Source of the DNA: an uncultured Actinomycetes bacterium
Lineage (GTDB): Bacteria > Actinomycetota > Actinomycetes > Streptosporangiales > Streptosporangiaceae
NCBI GenBank assembly: GCA_963781085.1
Contig: CAWAES010000048.1
Coordinates: 112,606 to 176,605, forward strand
Direction of reading: 5' to 3'
DNA: 64,000 nucleotides
Position numbers and translations under genes: made by a program. Positions 58,205 through 64,000 of this stretch are shown here, one piece after another. The stretch's first letter is position 1. Each line of letters begins with the position of its first letter. The notes beneath the pieces are model-generated. The model was given only the letters and a program-made list of their open reading frames with translations. It was not told where the DNA came from and ran no database searches.

Positions 58205-58999
58205 TTACCCTTCGCGGGCCGGCTCGCCGTGCTGGGCGTTCGCCTTGCCGCGGCCCCAGTAAGCCTTGGCCGAGACCTGCTCGCCGGGCACGCCGCGGGC
58301 GGCGAGCACCTCACGCAGCGCCAGTACCACCCTGGCCTCGCCGAACAGGTAGACGTGGCCGGTGCCGGGCGGCAGCTCCGCGGCCTGCAGCGCCGCGGCC
58401 AGGGCCTCCGGGTCGCCCGCCGGCCGGCCGTCCCTGGGCAGCCAGGTCAGGCCGACCCCGGCCGGGAGGTCCGGCTTCTGCTCGTCGGCGGCCTCGGGAA
58501 CCTCCAGGACCGCGGCCGCCCGGCCTCCGGGCGGCAGCGAGCCGGCCATCGCGAACACCGCGGCCAGCCCGGACTCGTCCGCGGCGAACAGGTACCAGTC
58601 CGCCTGGCGGTTCAGGAAGATCTTGCCGCGGGGGGCGATGCCCTCGATCGTGTCGCCGGGCTGGGCCGACCGGACCCACCGCTCGCCCGGGCCGTCGCCG
58701 TGCCGGACGATGTCCAGGGTGAGCAGCTGCCGGGCCGGGTCCAGGTCCCGGATCGTGTACCGGCGGCGCACCGGGCGGTTGCCGTCCACGGCCACCAGCA
58801 GCATGACGTCCTGGCCGGGCTGGTAGGCCAGGTCGGCGAGCTCCGGCGCGGTCAGCTCCAGCCGCTGCATGTGCGGGGTGAGCTGGGTGTTGCCCACGAC
58901 CTCGAGCCGCATCCGGACGGTACCGGCCAGGGGCCCTCTCAGCTCGGCGAACGGGTCATCCAGCTGCGCCGCGGTGGCGGCGGGAACAGAGTCAGGCAT
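58205..58999 (-). CDS. siderophore-interacting protein (FAD-binding 9 / SIP family)
   Basis: RRRYTIR motif, IAPRG, WYLFAADESGLAA, VYLFGEARVV. Confidence 0.85.
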   Translation of the reverse strand: MPDSVPAATAAQLDDPFAELRGPLAGTVRMRLEVVGNTQLTPHMQRLELTAPELADLAYQPGQDVMLLVAVDGNRPVRRRYTIRDLDPARQLLTLDIVRHGDGPGERWVRSAQPGDTIEGIAPRGKIFLNRQADWYLFAADESGLAAVFAMAGSLPPGGRAAAVLEVPEAADEQKPDLPAGVGLTWLPRDGRPAGDPEALAAALQAAELPPGTGHVYLFGEARVVLALREVLAARGVPGEQVSAKAYWGRGKANAQHGEPAREG

Positions 59000-59121
59000 T
59001 CCACGATCTTATGCGGGCCGCGGCGAGATCCCCGTTCGCGCGGCGCGAACACCGGGCCGCCTGGCGGTAGACGCCGGCCTGGCGGGCGCGCCGGGTGGCC
59101 GTAGCCAGCCGGGCTGGGAGG

Positions 59122-60523
59122 CTAGTCGAAGCGCGCGACCTCGCGCATCTTGTTGGTCGCGTCGAGCGCCGCGACCTTGTAGGACTCGGCCAGGGTCGGG
59201 TAGTTGAACACGGCGTCCACGAGGTAGTCCACGGTGCCGCCGCAGCCCATCACCGCCTGGCCGATGTGCACCAGCTCGGTGGCCTGCGTGCCGAACACGT
59301 GCACGCCGAGCAGCGAGTGGTCCTCGGGTGAGACCAGCAGCTTGAGCACGCCGTAGGAGTCGCCGATGATCTGCCCGCGGGCCAGCTCGCGGTACCGGGA
59401 CACGCCGACCTCGAACGGCACGCAGTCCTTGGTGAGCTGATCCTCGGTCCGGCCGATGAAGCTGATCTCCGGGATGCTGTAGATGCCGATCGGCTGGAGC
59501 AGGTGCGCGGTATGCACCGGCTCGCCGAGGGCGTGGTGGGCGGCCAGCCGGCCCTGCTCCATCGAGGTGGCGGCCAGCGCCGGGAAACCGATCACGTCGC
59601 CGACCGCGTAGACGTGCGGGACCGCGGTCCGGTAGAACTCGTCCACCTTGATCCGGCCGCGCCCGTCGGCCTCGAGCCCCGCCGCGGGCAGGTTCAGCGC
59701 GTGGGTCATGCCCTGCCGGCCCGCGGAGTACATCACGGTGTCGGCGGGGATCCGCTTCCCGCTGCGCAAGGTGGCGATCGCGCCCTCGCCCTTGGCCTCG
59801 ACCGAGTCCACGATCTCGCCGAAGCGGAAGGTCACGGCGAGGTCGCGCAGGTGGAACTTGAGCGCCTCGACCACTTCGAGGTCGCAGAACTCCAGCATCC
59901 GGTCACGTTGCTCGACCACGGTCACCTTGCAGCCCAGGGCGGCGAACATCGAGGCGTACTCGATGCCGATCACGCCGGCGCCGGCCACCACCATGGTCCG
60001 CGGGACCCTCTTGAGGTGCTGGATGCCGTCCGAGTCGATGATCGTCTTCTCGTCGAACTGCCACACTGGCGGGCCGCGCGGGCTTAGTCCCGGTGGCGAT
60101 CACCACGGAGTCGGCGGTGACCTTCCGCGCCCGGCCGTCGCCGTCGTCCACCTCGATCTCGTGCGGGCCGAGGAAGGACGCGGTGCCGCTGAGCACCGTG
60201 ACCCGGTTGCGGGACAGCTGGCTGCGCACCACGTCGTTCTCGCGGCTGACCACGTGCCGGGTCCGGTTGGCCAGGTCGGCGATGGTGATCTCGTCCTTGA
60301 CCCGGTAGCTCTGCCCGTACATCTCGCGCTGGTCGAGGCCGGTCAGGTACAGGACCGACTCGCGCATGGTCTTGGACGGGATGGTGCCGGTGTTGACGCA
60401 GACGCCGCCGAGCATGTCCGGCCGCTCGACGATCGCCACCCGGCGTTCCAGCTTGGCCGCCGCGATGGCCGCCTTCTGGCCGCCTGGCCCGGACCCGATG
60501 ACCAGCAGATCAAAGTCGTGCAC
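59122..60523 (-). CDS. sthA: soluble pyridine nucleotide transhydrogenase, one extra G near 60063
   Basis: Colinear with mycobacterial SthA as I recall it: [80 protein letters not shown]. The junction ...[18 protein letters not shown] is restored by deleting one G in GTGGCAG. Confidence 0.9.
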
Positions 60524-61224
60524 GCCTCCAGTGTGCGGGCGCGGGCGCGGGGCGTCCATGATCCTGGGCATTTCGTACGGCTATGTTCTGCTCACGGCCA
60601 GCGAGCGGCCACGGGTGGCGCCAGCCGCCGGCCAGCTGGCCGCACGGCCGGCTACAGCCAGCCGGCGCGGACGCTGGCCACGGGGCCGCCAGCGGAAGGC
60701 TGGCCTGGCTCGCCGGCGGAGGCTGGCCCAGCTCGCCGGCGGCTATCCGCTCGAGCAGCCGGTCGAGCGACTCGAGGACCTCGTGCAGGCAGTCGCGCAG
60801 GCTCTGCGCGTCGGCGGCGTCGGCCGGATCGCCGCCCACGCCCGCCTGGTCCAGCAGGGCTTCGAGGTCGGCCAGCTGGAGTCCCGACCCACTCGACGGG
60901 CGCAGCCGACAGCCCTCGTCGAACACCCGCCCGCCTGGTTCCAGGCCGCCGCGGGAGACGCCGGGGTGGTGGTGCGTCCGGTCGAAGCTGCCCGGCGGCC
61001 CGTCCACCGACTCGAGGAGGTCGGCGCGCCAGATCAGGTCGCCGATCTCGATCGGCCGCGCCGCGTAGATCGAGCCCTGCTGCGGGCCCGGGACTGATCT
61101 TCCGGACCTCGAGGCGGACCCCGTGCTCCGGGCTTTCCTGGCCTTCGAACTTAGGGTCGGGGTCCACGAAGTAGAGGTCGCTCAGCACGACGGCCGTCCG
61201 CTGGAAGCCGAAGACGTACAGCAC
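60510..61224 (-). CDS. conserved hypothetical protein, apparent frameshift near 61060-61075; 3' end uncertain
   Basis: [43 protein letters not shown], then a shift to [43 protein letters not shown]... The low-complexity tail may hide another shift. Confidence 0.55.
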
Positions 61225-61458
61225 AGCAGGCCCTCCTCAGTTCACGCCGGTGCCAGCCCGTCAGGACACTGACCCCAGTCTGCGACAGGAAGCCGCGGCC
61301 GGAAAGGTCCCGCCGCCGGAGGGTCCCGGCCGCGGGCAGCCGGGCGGCGTCGGTGGCGCACGCCGGCCTCCGGTCCTGGACGGCCGGTGAAACGCAGCCG
61401 AAACAAATACGTCATCGGGGGTAATGACAGCGGAACACGCCCCGCTTACGCTGCGCAC

Positions 61459-63034
61459 GTGGCGGACATTTTCGACTCATACCAGCTAGCTGAGGCCTGG
61501 GATGAGATGTTCGAGCGGCCGGGCCTGCCGCGGGCACCCTACGCCGGGCTGCTCGCCGCCCTGCAGCCGCTGGATCCGGCGGAGCTGCGCTTCCGGTCAG
61601 ACCAGCTGGCCCGGATGTTCACCGACCGCGGGGTCACCTACGACTACGCCGGCGAGGAACGGCCGTTCCCGCTGGACCTCATCCCCCGGGTGATGGACGC
61701 CGTGGAATGGGACCTGATCGTGCGGGGTGTCCGGCAGCGGGTACTCGCCCTGGAGGCCTTCCTCGCCGACGTCTACGGGCCCCGCCACGTCTTCGCCGAC
61801 GGCGTGCTGCCCTGGCGGGTGGTCTGCACGTCGCAGCGATTCCACCGCGAGGTAGCCGGGCTGGAGCCGCCGAACGGGGTCCGCGTCCATGTGGCCGGCA
61901 TCGACCTGGTCCGGGACGGGGCGGGCCAGGTGCGGGTGCTGGAGGACAACGTCCGGATCCCGTCCGGGGTCAGCTACGTCATCGAGAACCGGCTCGCCAT
62001 GACGCGGACCTTCCCGGCGCTGTTCTCCGAGCAGCACGTGCATCCGGTGTACAGCTATCCGGCCGAGTTGCTGGCCGCGCTGCGGGCGGCGGCGCCCGCG
62101 GGCACCCCCGACCCGGTCGTGGTGGTGCTCACCCCGGGCACCGCCAACGCGGCCTATTTCGAGCACGCCCTGCTGGCCCGCCTGATGGGCGTGGAACTCG
62201 TCGAGGGCGGCGACCTGACCTGCGCCGGCAACCGCGTGTACGTGCACACCACGCAGGGGCTGCGCCCGGTGGACGTCATCTACCGCCGGGTCGACGACGA
62301 CTTCCTGGACCCGCTGCAGTTCCGCCCCGACTCGGTGATCGGCTGCCCCGGCATCATCAACGCGGCCCGGGCCGGGCACGTGACCATCGCGAACGCGGTC
62401 GGCAACGGGGTCGCCGACGACAAGCTCCTCTACACCTGGGTCCCCGACCTGATCCGCTACTACCTCCGCGAGCAGCCGCTGCTCGAGAACGTGGAGTCCT
62501 ACCGGCTCGACGACCCCGAAAGGCTGCACTGGGTGCTCGGGCACCTGGACCAGCTGGTCCTCAAGCCGGTGGACGGGGCCGGCGGGAGCGGGATCGTCAT
62601 CGGCCCCCGGGCGGACGAGGCCACCCTCGACGCGCTGCGCGCCCGGGTGGCGGCCCGGCCCCGGGGCTGGATCGCCCAGCAGCCGGTGGCCCTGTCCACC
62701 GCGCCGGTGCTCATCGGCGAGACCCTGGCCCCCCGGCACATCGACCTGCGCCCGTTCGCGGTCAACAACGGGAACGACGTCTGGCTGCTGCCCGGCGGGC
62801 TGACCCGGGTCGCGCTGCCCGAAGGTGAACTGGTGGTCAACTCGAGCCGCGGCGGCGGGTCCAAGGACACCTGGGTGCTGGTCCCGCCCGGCGAGCCGGA
62901 CTCACCAGGCGCCGGGCCGGCCGTGGTGTCGGCGGGCGATCAGGCCGGCCCGGCGCTGGCCGTCACCTGCCCCGCTGCCGCGCGAGGCCGCGGTCGACCG
63001 GCAGAGCGGGCCGCCCATGGAAGACCAGCAATGA
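61459..63034 (+). CDS. circularly permuted type-2 ATP-grasp protein (DUF404/DUF407)
   Basis: VADIFDSYQLAEAWDEMF..., ...VVNSSRGGGSKDTWVL. The track shows a single 863-aa frame fused to the next gene. A shift into the frame of ORF 62825..63034 would end the protein at ...MEDQQ with TGA overlapping the next ATG. Confidence 0.75.
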
Positions 63035-63978
63035 CCAGCGGCCTGCTCAGCAGGATCGCCGAGACGCTGTTCTGGACCGGCCGGTACATCGAGCGTGCGG
63101 ACGACACGGCCCGCATGGTCGACGTGTACGTGCACCGGATGCTCGAGGAGCCGCACACCGACCAGGAGGCCGACTGCCGGGCCCTGCTCGCGGTCCTGGG
63201 CATGCCGGCCGCAGACGGCGCGCGGCTGGACATCGGGATGACGCTGCACCAGTCGGCGTACGACGAGCAGAACCCGAGCGCGATCGCGGGCGCGGTGATG
63301 GCCGCCCGCCGCGGCGCGCGCAGCGTGCGTGAGGTGATCTCCAGCGACATGTGGGAGTGCCTCAACGTGACCAGTCACGGACTGGTCTCGCGGCGCAAGT
63401 CCGCGGAGCGGCTCGGACCGCACGTCTTCCTCGAGTTCATCCGGGAACGGACCGCGCTGTTCTTCGGCCTGGCCGACTCGACCATGAGCCACGACGAAGC
63501 CTGGCGGTTCCTGGTGCTCGGCCGCAGCCTGGAACGGGTGGACATGACCGCCCGGCTGCTGCTGGCCCGGATGCCGGCCACCCCGTACGAGGTGGGCTGG
63601 CCGATGCTGCTGCGCTCCTGCGGGGCCTACGAGTCCTTCATCCGCACCCGCACCTGGACCGGCGACCCGCAGCAGGTGGTCGAGTTCCTGCTGATGGACC
63701 GGCTGTTCCCGCGGTCGGTGGTGCATGCGCTGGCCACCGCGGAGGAGGCACTGGCCGCCCTCGACCCGGCGGCAGGCGGCTCGGCCCTGACCGACCCGGC
63801 CCGCCGGTCGATCGGCCAGCTGCGGACCCGGCTGGAATACGCCGACCCCGAGCAGCTCCCCGGCCTGCTGCCGGACCTGCTGGCTACCCTGCAGCGCAGC
63901 TGCGGGCAGGCGAGCGAAGCGATCACCGCCCGGTACTTCATCTACGAGCAGCCCGTGATCTGGGCTCAGGAGTGCTGA
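63031..63978 (+). CDS. alpha-E domain protein (DUF403)
   Basis: MTSGLLSRIAETLFWTGRYIERADDTARMVDV...; 315 aa, the canonical partner of the ATP-grasp gene. Confidence 0.85.
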   Translation: MTSGLLSRIAETLFWTGRYIERADDTARMVDVYVHRMLEEPHTDQEADCRALLAVLGMPAADGARLDIGMTLHQSAYDEQNPSAIAGAVMAARRGARSVREVISSDMWECLNVTSHGLVSRRKSAERLGPHVFLEFIRERTALFFGLADSTMSHDEAWRFLVLGRSLERVDMTARLLLARMPATPYEVGWPMLLRSCGAYESFIRTRTWTGDPQQVVEFLLMDRLFPRSVVHALATAEEALAALDPAAGGSALTDPARRSIGQLRTRLEYADPEQLPGLLPDLLATLQRSCGQASEAITARYFIYEQPVIWAQEC

Positions 63979-63981
63979 TCG

Positions 63982-64000
63982 GTGAGCTGGCTGCTGGAGA
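63982..64000 (+). CDS. start of the next gene (transglutaminase-family protein expected by synteny), six codons only
   Basis: GTG AGC TGG CTG CTG GAG (VSWLLE) begins 4 nt after the alpha-E stop. The call is based on conserved gene order only. Confidence 0.35.

Noticed and set aside
60510-60571. Alternative longer start ([10 protein letters not shown]...) for sthA at 60571.
   Set aside because: Homology to SthA begins at [15 protein letters not shown]. The extension overlaps the upstream gene tail and has no SD support.

Overview
This is a visibly very GC-rich (not computed), actinomycete-type chromosomal accessory region. It is densely packed with about 60 protein-coding genes on both strands. 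I saw no rRNA, tRNA or CRISPR array. Content is dominated by stress and xenobiotic functions and small regulators. There are five ECF-type sigma factor genes plus one fragment (three with adjacent anti-sigma or membrane partners), two YCII-sigma operons, two DUF899 genes and several DinB/DUF664 genes. It also holds TetR, ArsR and XRE regulators, MFS transporters, SDRs, glycoside hydrolases (GH13, GH43), and gpgS, sthA and the ATP-grasp/alpha-E/transglutaminase cluster. The clearest functional module is a rifamycin-resistance locus. A 19-bp RAE-like palindrome with a -10 box precedes a Rox-like FAD monooxygenase and a HelD/HelR-type helicase-like gene (22.85-26.9 kb). A second, about 85% identical RAE module precedes another Rox-like gene that is cut by the left window edge. 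Other observations: (a) a perfect 21-bp direct repeat, plus one variant and one inverted copy, brackets a 4-kb four-gene module (unknown 199-aa protein, ECF sigma, YCII, AAA+ ATPase) next to a C-terminally truncated tyrosine-recombinase-like gene and a patch of gene remnants; (b) two decayed ISL3-like IS ends; (c) a polycysteine 13-codon sORF embedded in an attenuator-like set of alternative hairpins; (d) a 24-codon hydrophobic sORF; (e) a 760-bp non-coding stretch with GGAATTCC-type palindromes. At least 25 apparent single-base frameshifts, often in G/C runs, interrupt otherwise conserved genes including sthA. Sequencing or assembly indels are therefore more likely than mass pseudogenisation, and many track ORFs are only fragments of real genes. 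All function calls come from my own reading of the translations; no database search was run.
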